A stretch of 64,000 nt of DNA from an uncultured delta proteobacterium (lineage in GTDB: Bacteria; Myxococcota_A; Polyangia; Fen-1088), in assembly GCA_963796685.1 (NCBI GenBank), contig CAWCMR010000011.1, positions 263,236 to 327,235 on the forward strand, given 5' to 3'. Both the position numbers and the translations under genes were made by a program. The notes beneath the pieces are model-generated. The model ran no database searches. It saw nothing but the letters and a program-made list of their open reading frames with translations, and was not told the origin of the DNA. Positions within the stretch are counted from its first letter, which is position 1. Each line of letters opens with the position of its first letter. This document shows positions 32,361 through 44,242 of this stretch, piece by piece.

Positions 32361-32857
32361 ATGTCCGACGACGAGCTGAGCAAGATCATCGGCAAGCCCA
32401 TGAGCAAGTCCACGGTGGTCGTCGAGCGGGGCCCGTCGCCAACTTCGCCACCGCGGTGTGTGACTCCAACCGCGTCTACCGCGATCCCCGGGCCGCGGCC
32501 GAAGCGGGGCTGCGGGCCATCCCCGTGCCTCCCACGTACCCCTTCGTCATGCAGACGTGGGGCGAGTTCGCCGAGGCGCAGCCCGCGGACAAACCCAAGG
32601 GCAATCCCATGGGCGAGGTCATCGGCCCGCTCATGGCCAAGGGCGGCATCATCCTCCACGGTGAGCAGGAGTTCATCTACCACCGTCCGGTGTTCGTGGG
32701 TGATGTGCTGGTCGGGGAGGGCCACGTCGTCGACGCCTACGCCAAGGAGTCCAAGGGCAAGACCATGACCTTCCTCGTGACCGAGACGGTGTGGCGCGAC
32801 GAGGCGACGGCGGAGCCCGTGGTGACGTCGCGCTTCAACCTCATCCACCGCGGCTGA
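32361..32857 (+). CDS. MaoC/FAS1-like dehydratase N-terminal-type subunit (frameshifted)
   Basis: VVERG.V.NFA.AVCD.N.VY.D, PPTYPF and LHGEQEFIYHRPVFVGD. Confidence 0.85.
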
Positions 32858-32873
32858 CCTCCGGAGCGCGGCC

Positions 32874-33324
32874 GTGAAGACCTCCCTGCTCACCGGGCCC
32901 CAGTGGGCCGCGGTCCTGCGCATCGGGCTCGGGCTGTGGTGGCTCGAGAGCTTCCGGCACAAGAACCTCACCGCCTGGATCAAGAGACAAGCGGGGATCA
33001 ACTGGGCCGGCCGACATCGCCTCGAAGCACCGGTGGAAGGTCGTCGGCAAGGGCTTCGATGCCGTCGTGAAGCCGCATCCGAAGGCCATGACGTGGGTCA
33101 TCTTGATGAGCGAGCTCTCGCTCGGGCTCGGGCTCAGCCTCGGGTTCCTCACCCCGGTCGCCGCCTTCGCCAGCCTCGCCCTCAACCTCTTGTACTTCGT
33201 CCTCATGATCCATGACTGGGCGGAGCAGGGTCAGAACCTCATGATGGTCCTCGCCGCGGCGGTGATCCTGGGGACCCACGGCTGGCAGGTGTGGTCGATC
33301 GACCACCTCATCGGCTGGTTCTGA
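32874..33324 (+). CDS. DoxX family membrane protein (frameshifted)
   Basis: LRIGLGLWWLES, ELSLGLGL.LGFLTP and WSIDH. Confidence 0.75.
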
Positions 33325-33383
33325 CCCAGACTGGTCCTGGCCCCAACAGGTCCGTGACACGAGAGAAGACAGGGAGTCCGAGC

Positions 33384-35601
33384 ATGCCCATCGGCATCGG
33401 GGAGGATCACGAGGAGCTGCGTCGGACCGTGCGGCGGTGGCTCGAGGCGCGCTGCCCGCCCGAGGTGCCCCGTGCCCTGCTCGACGCCGAGGTCGAGACC
33501 ATGCCGCCGTTCTGGGACGAGCTCGCCGCGCAGGGGTGGTTGGGCATCCACGTGCGCCGAGGAGTACGGCGGCCAGGGCTTCGGCATGCTCGAGCTGGCG
33601 GTGGTGGTCGAGGAGATGGCCCGGGCCGTGGCGCCCGGGCCGGCGGTCCCCACCATGCTCGCCGCCGCGGTGGTGGCGGCCGGGGCCGACGATCCCCAGC
33701 GCAAGGTCCTGCTCGGCCCCATGGTGGACGGGACCGTCCCCACCGCCGTGGTCCTGCCCGGAGCCGGGGACCCTGGTGGGCACCCGGGCCGGCGACGGGT
33801 CGCTCGACGTCCGGGGCGAGGTGGGCCCCGTCCTCGGCGCCACCTTGGCCAGCCGTCTCCTGGCGCCGGTGGGCGTGGACGGCACAGAGACGGTGTGGTG
33901 CGTGCTCGACGTCGGCACCGGGGTCACGGCCGCGCCGCTCGCCAGTCTGGACCCCACCCGGCGGGTGGGATCGGTACGCGTCGAGCGCACCGTCGTGGTG
34001 CCCGAGCGCCAGCTTCCCGCCGTGTCGAGCACCACGGTGCGCGACCTGGCGCTCGTCCTCGCCGCCGCGGAGTGCGCGGGCGGGGGGCGGTGGTGTCTCG
34101 AGGTGGGGACCGCCTACGCCATCGAGCGCCGACAGTTCGGGCGCCCCATCGGCCAGTTCCAGGCCATCAAGCACCGGCTCGCCGACATGCTGGTGGCGGT
34201 GGAGCAGGTCACGGCGTTGGCGTGGGACACCGCCCAGGCCGCCGACGCCGGCGACGCCGTCCAGGCCCAGCTCTCGGCGGTGCTCGCCGGAGCCTTCGGC
34301 CTCGACGCCTACGTCGAATGCGCCAAGGGCTGCATCCAGATCCTGGGGGGCATGGGCTTCACCTGGGAGCACGACGCCCATCTGCAGCTGCGGCGGGCCC
34401 TGAGCCTGCGCCAGCTCGTCGGGCCCGAGCCGCGCGCTGCGGGCCGAGGCCACCCGGGCCGCGCTGGCGGGCAGTCGGCGTCGACTGGCGCTCGATCTCC
34501 CCGAGGAAGCCGAGCGCGTCCGGGAGCGGGTCCGCGCCGCGGTGGCCGAGGTGGCCGCCGCCCCGGACTCGCACGAGCGTCGTCGGCGACTGGTCGAGAT
34601 CGGGCTGCTCACGCCGCATTGGCCGGTGCCATGGGGCCTCGGCGCCGGCCCCGTCGAACAGCTCGTGATCGACGAGGAGCTGGCCGCCGCCCACGTGCAC
34701 CGGCCCCATCTGGCCGTCGGGGCATGGGCGCTGCCCACGATCATCGCCCACGGGACCGGCCGAGCAGCAGGAACGTTGGGTCGGGCCCACCATGCGGGGC
34801 GAGCTCGTGTGGTGTCAGCTCTTCAGCGAGCCCGGGGCGGGGAGCGATCTCGCCGCGCTCTCGATGCGGGCCACCCGTCACGACGGTGGCTGGGTCCTCA
34901 ACGGGCAGAAGGTATGGACCTCGATCGCCATGCGGGCCGACTGGGGCATCTGTCTGGCCCGGAGCGACCCCGACGCCTCCAAGCACGAGGGCATCACCTA
35001 TTTCATCGTCGACATGCACACCGAGGGCATCGAGGTGCGGCCCCTGCGCGAGATCACCGGCGCGGCCATGTTCAACGAGGTGTTCTTCACCGACGTCTTC
35101 GTGCCCGACGACTGTGTGGTGGGGCCGGTCAACGGCGGCTGGCGACTGGCCCGGACGACCCTGGCCAACGAGCGGGTGTCGATGGCGGGCGGCGCCACCT
35201 GGGGATTCGGGATCGAGGGGATCCTCAAGGGCATCGAGGACCGGCGGGCGTCGGAGGACGCCGTGGTCCTCGACGGGGTGGGGGAGCTGCTGGCCGAGGC
35301 CCAGTCCTTGGCCCTGCTCGGCGCCCGGACCACGCTGCGGTCGGTGTCGGGTGTCGAGCCCGGGCCCGAGGCGAGTGTCCGCAAGCTCCTCGGGGCCGAG
35401 CACGAGCAACGGCTCCAGGAGTTCGGGCTCATGCAGCTCGGCGCCGCGGGCGCCACCACCGAGGACGACGCGGGCCGATGGAGCCAGGGCTTTCTCTCCG
35501 CTCGGTGTCTGACCATCGCCGGAGGCACGAGCGAGGTGCAGCGCAACGTCATCGGCGAGCGCATCCTCGGGCTGCCCCGTGATCCCGAGCCCGGCGCCTG
35601 A
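33384..35601 (+). CDS. Two-domain acyl-CoA dehydrogenase (FadE34/FadE22-like; frameshifted)
   Basis: First domain RRQFGRPIGQFQAIKH and GGMGFTWEHD; second domain WCQLFSEPGAGSDLA, NGQKVWTS and TIAGGTSEVQRNVIGERILGLP. Confidence 0.9.
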
Positions 35602-35685
35602 ACACACGAGGTTCGATGGAGCACCACGACGGTGTTGACAGGAAAACGACACGACGCCCAAGCTGCGAGAACCGGGCGAGAAGGG

Positions 35686-36123
35686 ATGGACATGGGCGAG
35701 GCCACGCGGTACTACGAGGACGTCAACGAGGGCGACGAGGCACCGGCCTCGAGCCACACCCTGACCCGGACCGACCTCGTGCGCTACGCCGGCGCGTCGG
35801 GGGACTACAACCCCATGCACCACGACGAGGTCCTGGCCACCGCGGCCGGCCAGCCCAGCGTCTTCGGCCACGGGATGTTCTCCATGGGCCTGCTCGGCAC
35901 GGCCCTCACCGACTACGTCGGGCCGGGGAACCTGACCCACTACAAGGTGCGGTTCTCCCGCCAGACCTGGCCCGGTGAGGAGCTCACCACCAAGATCGTG
36001 GTGACGGGCAAGCGGGTGGAGGAGGGCCGCAACCTCGTGGACCTCGAGTGCTGCCTGGCCAACGGCGACGGCGAGGTCAAGGTCGTGGGCGAGGCGACGG
36101 CGGTGCTCCCCAGCAAGTCCTGA
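35686..36123 (+). CDS. MaoC family (R)-hydratase/dehydratase, catalytic-type subunit
   Basis: YAGASGDYNPMHHD and FGHGM motifs. Confidence 0.9.
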   Translation: MDMGEATRYYEDVNEGDEAPASSHTLTRTDLVRYAGASGDYNPMHHDEVLATAAGQPSVFGHGMFSMGLLGTALTDYVGPGNLTHYKVRFSRQTWPGEELTTKIVVTGKRVEEGRNLVDLECCLANGDGEVKVVGEATAVLPSKS

Positions 36124-36196
36124 GCTCGCCCCCCGGAGGGCGCTCGCTCAGGCGTCGACGGTTGGGCCGCTCGGATCGGGCCAGAGCCACCGGGCC

Positions 36197-36793
36197 TCAG
36201 CAGCCCGGAGGGCGTGCCGGTCTTGCCCTCGGCGGTGTAGAAGAGGCCGAGCAGGGTGCAGATCGTCACCTTGGCCACCAGCCATTGGCCGTTGGAGAAC
36301 ACGGCGTAGCCGTTGTTGTTGGGCAGGATGGCCGTTCCCCCCGTGCCGAGGATGTCGTAGACGACGTGCGCGCACTGCGGCGGCAGGGACTGCTTGGCGC
36401 ATTGCGCGCGCGGTGAGGATGTTGATGCTGTCGATCTTCGATCCCTGCGACGCGCTCGCCTCGGACGACGACAGCGCTTGCTGCAGCGCCGTGGTGATCG
36501 ACTGCCCGTTCTGGATGACCGCCAGCTTGCCGGCCAGGCTCGGGTTGGCCAGGTTGAACAGCGTGTTGTAGGCGGTGGCGATATCGGCCTGGGCCGTGGT
36601 GGGGTCGATGGCGACGTCGTGGTGGTCGTCTTGGCCGTGGTGGCGGTGCACTGCCGCCTGGGGCTGCTGCTGCACGCCGCCGCGCCCAGGATCAGCCCCG
36701 CCATGGCGGCCGACGGCGGGGACACGGGGTGTCCTGCGTCGTCCCGAGATGCCGTGTCCCGGTGACCGTGTTGGTTCTGTGCAGTCCGAGCAT
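36197..36793 (-). CDS. Lipoprotein with MTB12-like C-terminal domain (frameshifted)
   Basis: GGGGAGG RBS; lipobox AAACSS; T-rich linker; KLAVIQNG...AHVVYDI...GYAV..NGQWLVAKVTICTLL. Confidence 0.65.
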
Positions 36794-36870
36794 CTGTGTG
36801 GGCCTCCCCTTGCATCGGTGCGCCGCTCCCCGTCGGGCTGCCCGAGGATATCCGGATCCCCGGCGCCGTA

Positions 36871-36888
36871 CCTGACATTCTTGTCAGG
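36871..36888. promoter_or_regulatory. Palindromic operator candidate
   Basis: CCTGACA-TTCT-TGTCAGG, a perfect 7-bp inverted repeat upstream of the lipoprotein gene. Confidence 0.5.
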
Positions 36889-37095
36889 GACCGGGGAGGC
36901 CGCTCAGAGGCCGATGCAACTGCCCGGGCGAGTCGGCGTCGGGCGCATCCCGGCGTGGCGAGCCGGGCGCGGCCGTTGCGGGCCAATCGACGCTCGACCG
37001 GGGCGTGGCCCCCGGTACGCGCCGCTCCCCTGCACGGGGCGACCCGGATCAGGGGCCGCGTCAAGAAGGCCCGGGCGACGGGCCGAGACGGCCGG

Positions 37096-37997
<902 letters not shown>

Positions 37998-38197
37998 CAG
38001 GTGTCCTCCTGCTTCTGCTTCACAGCCTCGTGCCCGACGCCCGCCGCCGGGTTCCCGCGCCACGTTGACGTCGGATCTGGAACCCGGGCAGCATGGCCGA
38101 TGGTGCGAGCCAGGGTCAACACGGCGGCGTGCCACGCTCGGGCCCGCACCGGTCCCGACGACGACGACATTCCTGCGCGTGAACGAGGCTGACGACC

Positions 38198-38610
38198 ATG
38201 GCGACGACCCGGTTCGATCTCCCCACCCCCGACGACTTCACCCAGCCGTGGTGGGACGCGGTGGGCGAGGGACGTCTCCTGCTCATGCGCTGCTCGACCT
38301 GCGGCGAGGCGCATTACTACCCCCGGCCCTTCTGTCCCCGGTGCGGGGCCGACACCGTGTCGTGGGAGGAGGCGAGCGGCGACGCCACCCTCTACACGTG
38401 GTCGGTCGTGCACCAGAACGACCTGCCGCCCTTCAACGAGCGGGTGCCCTATGTGGCCGCCGTCGTCGACCTGGCCGAAGGACCGCGGATGATGACCAAC
38501 GTCGTCGGGTGCGAGCTCGACGACCTGGCGGTGGGCATGGCGCTGCGGGTGGAGTTCGCCGACATCGGCGACGGGTACCACGTCCCGATGTTCCGTCCCG
38601 CGGCCGTAAG
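38198..38610 (+). CDS. Zn-ribbon/OB-fold (DUF35, ChsH2-C-like) protein
   Basis: CSTC...YPRPFCPRC, LYTWSVV, PYVAAVVDLAEGPRMMTNVV and PMFRP. Confidence 0.9.
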
Positions 38611-38620
38611 ACGCCGTCTC

Positions 38621-39381
38621 GTGGACCGATCCACAGGGAGGGTCGCGCTCGTCACCGGAGGGAGCCGGGGGATCGGCCGGGCCTGCGCGCTGGCGCTGGC
38701 CGGCGACGGCTTCGACGTGGCGGTCAACTACCGCCGCGACGACCGAGGCCGCGCGCCGACACGGTGGCCGCCATCGAGGCGCTCGGTCGCAGGGCCAAGA
38801 GCTACCGGGCCTCGGTCGAGTCCGCCGCCGACGACGAGGCCATGGTGGCGGCGGTGCTCGAGCGACTTCGGGGCCATCGACACACTGGTGCACTCGGCCG
38901 GGATCGCCAGTCGCGGCCACACCGTGGCCGACACCGACCCGGCTGAGCTCGAGCGGGTCATCGCCATCCACGCCTTCGGTGCGTCATCACCTGTGCCGGC
39001 TCGTCTTGCCGTCGATGCGGACCCGGCCCCGAGGGGACGTGGTGTTCGTATCCAGCGTCGCGGCCCGCATCCTGGCGCCCAACAGCGCGCCCTACAACAT
39101 GGCCAAGGCCGCGCTCGAGGCCTTGGCCATGACCCTGGCCAAGGAGGAGCGTCGCCACGGCATCCACGTGAACGTGGTCGCTCCCGGGCTGGTCGTCACA
39201 GAGATGGGTCGGCGGCTGGTGCGGGCCATGGGGGTCGACGACATCGCCACCATGGACGCCAACGCCGCCTTCGGGCGGGTGTGTCGACCCGAGGACGTGG
39301 CCGGCGTGGTGCGCTTCCTGTGTTCGGAGCGAGGCGGGCTACCTGACCGGGCAGGTCATCGCCGTCGACGGCGGGGGCTGA
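38621..39381 (+). CDS. SDR family oxidoreductase (frameshifted)
   Basis: ALVTGGSRGIG, YNMAK, VNVVAPG and YLTGQVIAVDGG. Confidence 0.9.
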
Positions 39382-39392
39382 AGCGCACGACG

Positions 39393-41616
39393 TCACCGAC
39401 GGGGGCCTGAGCCGTGGCCGCGGTCGGTCTCGGACTCGACAGGTCGTAGACCGTGACGCCGTTGAGCGTCTCGGCGGTGAAGTGGCTCTCGACCCACTGC
39501 GTGATCTGCCCGGCGGTGGTGCCCGAGGTCCCGGTACCGGGCCCGCGTCCGCCGCCGGCGATGAAGTAGTGGATCTTCGTCTCGGCGACGTCGCGCTCGA
39601 ACTGCGCGAGGGTCGGGGCCGGGATCGGTGCCGTTGAACCCGCCGATCGCCATGACCGGGTCGTCGGTGGCGAGTTGGTAGCCGGCGGCCGAGTTCGAGT
39701 TCACGGTGGCGGCGACCCACTTGTAGTCGCCGGCGTCGGCCTCGAGGGCCTTCACCAGCTTGCTCCCGGCGTGCTGATCGAGAGGAACCCTCCCGCGCCT
39801 CCGCCGCCACCGGCCCGACCGCGCGCCGGCCGTTCCACCGTCTGTGCCCGCCGCCGGCCACTGAAGCCAGCGCCGGGAGCGCGCCGCGTGGTGCGGCGCC
39901 TCCGGTGGCCGGTGCGCCGGCTCCGGACCCGGCCGAGAGCCGGGAGCCCGCCCGGGGAAGCCGCGCCCGGCGCCGCCCGGGCGCCGGTCCCGGCCGCTCC
40001 GGGCGGCGCCGCCGACCGCGCGCGAGCCTCCGGCCGCCGCCCGGCCCACCGCCGGGTCCCGTGCTCGAGGACGGGCCCGGCCGAGGGGATGGCGCCGGCG
40101 TGCGGCGGTGGCGGCGGTGTCGACGGCGTAGGCCGCAGGCCCCGCCAGCGCGCGCGCCGACGGCGACCGCGCCGAGCGCGAGCGCGCCCTGCCCCGCAGC
40201 CGGGGCCCGAGCACGAGGAGCAGGGCGGCGCCGAGTGCCAACGCCGAGCACGGCGACGCGCAGCCACGGCATCCACGCGGGGCGCGGTCGAGCAGCGACA
40301 TAGGACCACACCGCCGTGGCCGCCAATGCGGCCGCCAAGGCGAGCGCGGGCGACGAGCGTCGATCGCGTCTCCCACAGCGCCGACGCACCGATGCCCGAC
40401 CATGGCGCCGATGGCCGGGGCTGCCGCGACCGAGTAGTAGGGGTGGATGATCCCCTTGGCAAGGCTGATGACGAGCACGGTCACGATGAGCCAGCCGCCC
40501 CACAGCATCAGGGCGCCGCGCGCCGCGTCGGTGCGGGGCTCGTCGGCGCCACAGCCACAACGACGCCACCGCCAGGATCAGCGCGGCGGGGATGAGCCAC
40601 GAGATCTGGTCCCGAATTCGGACGCTGAAGAAGCGGAGCAGCCCGGTGGGCCCCCAGCGCGAGCCGGCCGCGCCCGCGCCGCCGACGCTGCCCGCTCTCG
40701 CTGCCCGAGATGCCGGCCCGAACCCGTTGTAGCCGAAGATCAGGTTGAGGATGCTGTTGTCCTGCGAGCCCGCCGATGTACGGCCGATCCGCGGCCGGGG
40801 TGAGCTCGACGATCGCCACCCACCATCCCGACGAGACCACCAGCGCCACCGCGCCGATGGCGAGCTGGGCGATGCGCCGGCGCAGGGGAGTGGGCGCGGC
40901 GATCAGGTACACGAGCGCGATGGCGGGGACGACCAGGAAGGCCTGCAGCATCTTGGTGATGAATCCGGTGCCGACCGCGCTCATGGCGAGCACCAGCCAC
41001 CACGTGTTGGCTCGTTCGAGGGCCCGGACCGTGGCGTAGGCCGCCACGGTGAGCAGCAGCACCAGCAGCGCGTCGGGGTTGTTGTACCGGAACATGAGCG
41101 CGGCGACCGGTGTGGTGGCGAGCACGAGCCCGGCCAGCAGGGCTGCGCCGGGGCGGAACGAGCGCCGGACCGCCGCGTAGAGCACGGCCACCGAGGCGAC
41201 GCCCTCGAGCGCCTGGGGGACGAGGATGCTCCACGAGTTGACGCCGAAGATCCGGGCCGAGATCTCCATGACCCACAACGAGGCCGGCGGTTTGTCGACG
41301 GTGATGAAGTTCGGCGGCGTCCGAGGAGCCGAAGAAGAAGGCCTTCCAGCTCTTGGTCCCGGCCTGCACCGCGGCGGAGTAGAAGGAGTTGGCCCATCCC
41401 GACGACGCCGAGGCCCCACAGGTAGAGCACGGCCGTGCCGACCAGCAGCGCCAGCAGCGCGGGCCGCACCCACGGTGCGTCCTCGGGACGGCCTCGCCAC
41501 AGTCGGTGAACCATGCCGCCCCGCTGAGCCGGCGGCCCGGTCGGCGGACCAGCCAGGGCGCGAGGTGTCGGGGGGGATCCCGACGCCGGGTCGACGGGAA
41601 GGACGTCGGTCGTCAT
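39393..41616 (-). CDS. GT39/ArnT-like membrane glycosyltransferase (YkcB/YycA-like; frameshifted)
   Basis: WANSFYSAAVQAG..SWKAFFFGS.D..NFITVDKPP, FRYNNPDAL, IHPYY and PVMAIGGFNGTDP; Gly-rich insert. Confidence 0.9.
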
Positions 41617-42974
41617 CGTGCGCTCCTCGACAATGAGCAGGGTCGTGGTGTAACGGTGTCGGCGGTTCGGTGTCGGCGGGTTCGTCGGCGGGTGGTCGAC
41701 GGCCGGTGCCGGGGAACACCCAGGAACGGAACAACACGAACCGCACGGCGGTGGCGACCACGCCGGTGGTCACGAGAACGCCGATCTCGAGGCCTCGACC
41801 CGCTCGGGGCGCGACGGCGTGGAGTACCGCCAGCGCACCACTGGTGAGGGCGAGTCCCACCGCGAACACCACGATGCCCTGGAGCTGGTGCCGGAGACGG
41901 GCCCGACGATCGCGAACCCCGAAGGTGACGCGGCGGTTGGCGGCGGTGTTGGCGATGGCGGTCACCAGGAGTGCCAGCGCGTTGGCTCCCAGTGCCGGCA
42001 TGACGCTGCGCAGCAACAGGTACAGCACCACGTACGCCGCCGTGCTCACTACACCGACGGCGGAGAAGCGCGCCAGCTGCGCGAACGAGCCCGGGGCGTG
42101 CCTGCAGCGCTACTTCGGCGGCGGTGGACTCGCGCAGAGCGTCGCGAGGGGCAGGCTCCCGGTGGCGAGTCCTCGAACGAGACGGGCCACGCCTTTGAGG
42201 TCGTCGCGAGCCGTGGCGACGAGGTCGACGCGCGAGTCCGGGTCGTCCACCCAGTCGACCGGGACCTCGTGGATCCGCATCCCGGCCTGCTCCGCCAGGA
42301 ACAGGAGCTCGGTGTCGAAGAACCACCCCGTGTCTTTCACGAGGGGTAACAGGGTGCGGGCCCGATCGGCGCGGATCGCCTTGAACCCGCACTGGGCATC
42401 GGAGAATCCCGCCGCCAAGGTGGTACGGAGCAAGAAGTTGTAGCAACGCGAGATGACCTCGCGCTTGGTGCCGCGCACGACCCGCGGAACCGCGGGCGAG
42501 GCGCGTGCCGATGGCCATGTCGCTGTGGCCCGACACCATCGGCGCCACGAGCGGAAGCACCGCGGCGAGGTCCGTCGACAGATCGACGTCCATGTAGGCG
42601 AGAACGGCCGCGTCGCTGCGCGACCACACGTGGCGCAGAGCACGGCCCCTGCCTTTCTCGTCGAGGTGCACCGCGACGACGCCGGGGAGGTCGCGCTCGA
42701 GGGTTTGGGCGATGGCCCAGGTTCGATCGGTACTGGCGTTGTCCGCCACGGTGATCCGGAAGCTGAAGGGGAGCTCCGCACTCAGGTAGCGGTGGAGCCG
42801 TGTCACGCTCGGCTCGAGGTCGGCCTCCTCGTTGTAGACGGGGATGACGATGTCGACCTGCGGTCGCGTCGAGTGCAACAGAGTCAGCGCGACTTCGCCC
42901 GGGCCAGCGGCAAGATCGCTTGAGGACGAGCCGGTCGCGTGCGGCGGTTGTCCGAGCGTGGCCTGTTGCACCAT
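41613..42974 (-). CDS. GT2 polyprenol-phosphate glycosyltransferase fused to GtrA flippase domain (frameshifted)
   Basis: IVIPVYNEE, ADNASTD, YMDVDLSTD, DAQCGFKA; C-terminal ANTAANRRVTF. Confidence 0.9.
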   Translation of the reverse strand: MVQQATLGQPPHATGSSSSDLAAGPGEVALTLLHSTRPQVDIVIPVYNEEADLEPSVTRLHRYLSAELPFSFRITVADNASTDRTWAIAQTLERDLPGVVAVHLDEKGRGRALRHVWSRSDAAVLAYMDVDLSTDLAAVLPLVAPMVSGHSDMAIGTRLARGSAGRARHQARGHLALLQLLAPYHLGGGILRCPVRVQGDPRRSGPHPVTPRERHGVVLRHRAPVPGGAGRDADPRGPGRLGGRPGLARRPRRHGSRRPQRRGPSRSRTRHREPAPRDALRESTAAEVALQARPGLVRAAGALLRRRCSEHGGVRGAVPVAAQRHAGTGSQRAGTPGDRHRQHRRQPPRHLRGSRSSGPSPAPAPGHRGVRGGTRPHQWCAGGTPRRRAPSGSRPRDRRSRDHRRGRHRRAVRVVPFLGVPRHRPSTTRRRTRRHRTADTVTPRPCSLSRSAR

Positions 42975-43080
42975 GGCCCCAGTGTCACGATCGAGGCATT
43001 AGGCCCCGTCAACGCCACCTGTGGGTTTCCTGACAATCCGGGGACCGCCCGAGGACGGGCCCTCGGCCGGGCGAATGCCC

Positions 43081-43616
43081 TCAGCCCGCCATGTCGGCCA
43101 GGGTCGTGACGGTCTTCCAAGTGCGCGTCGTGGCGGTGACTCGCAGGGCGCGTTCGAAGAACGTGTTGTTGAGCTTGGTCCGGCCGTATCCCTCGGGGCA
43201 GTACAGATAGACCTCTTGGCCCGTCACGCGGAACTCATCGGGGAGGAAGGCGTCCGGAATCGAGCGCAGAAGGACGTGACAGGGCCGGTTTGGCGCCCAG
43301 GAACGTCACGTGCAGCTTCGTCCGATCCCGTTTCCCGGTCGCGAGGGGATTGCCGTCGATGATGCGGCGGAGCTGCGCCTGGGAGCGCACCACGACCTTG
43401 ATGCCGAGGCCCAACCGCGCCTCGAGCCCGCGTTCGAGGGTCGGCTTGCAGCGTCGCGGCAGAGGCCGAAGCGTCGAACAAGACGTTGCCACTTTGGATG
43501 TAGGTGCGGACTTCGCCGTATCCCATGTCGGAGAACGCGGTCCGAAGATCGACCATGGACACCTTGCCGTGGCCGCCGACGTTGATGCCCCGCAGCATGG
43601 CGACGTACGCCGTCAT
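43081..43616 (-). CDS. DUF1697 family protein (frameshifted)
   Basis: YVAMLRGINVGG, TYIQSGNV and ATTRTWKTV. Confidence 0.9.
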
Positions 43617-43630
43617 CGACGATGGCGCGC

Positions 43631-44200
43631 TTAGGGCCTTCGTCCGGTGAGGTCGAGGAGACGCACTTGGAGCGGTGCGTCTTCACCTACCGTGCCACTC
43701 GGGCCGCTGCCGAAGACGCCGATGTCCCCGATGAACGGGGCCATGGGTTGCAGCCCATCCCACACGGTGACGACAAGACCGTCGTGCAGGCTTTCGTCAC
43801 CGGCGGTGGCTCGGGCCACGTCCCAACTGTGCAGCAGATAGTCGCCCGTCCGGAACTGATACAGCGTGATCCCCGGAACGTCTCCGGCCGCGGGGTGATG
43901 CACGATCCGGTCGAAGGATCCCGGTTCCCCGAACGCGGTCAATTCATCGGCCATGGCCACATCCAGCTCGGCCGGGAGGTCCGGACCGTGGGCCACGCCG
44001 AACGCCCTTCGGCTCTCCTGCGCCGATGCGCCGTGGAGCAGGGCGAGGGACATGCGGCTTCCTTCGATCATGTGAACGACGAGGTCCCTCACATTCCAAT
44101 TCGAACAGGGCGTGGGAAGGTCCCACTGCTGTGCGCCGATGGCGGCAACCCGCCGACGGATCTCACTCTGGGACGTGGTGAGGTCGGTCACGTCGGTCAT
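43631..44200 (-). CDS. TIGR03086 / MDMPI-family metal-binding protein
   Basis: QWDLPTPCSNWNVRDLVVH, LLHSWDVARATA and LL.LTGR. Confidence 0.88.
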   Translation of the reverse strand: MTDVTDLTTSQSEIRRRVAAIGAQQWDLPTPCSNWNVRDLVVHMIEGSRMSLALLHGASAQESRRAFGVAHGPDLPAELDVAMADELTAFGEPGSFDRIVHHPAAGDVPGITLYQFRTGDYLLHSWDVARATAGDESLHDGLVVTVWDGLQPMAPFIGDIGVFGSGPSGTVGEDAPLQVRLLDLTGRRP

Positions 44201-44242
44201 GGTGGTCCTCCTGGGGTGTGCGGATCGAGCTGCGGACGCGCC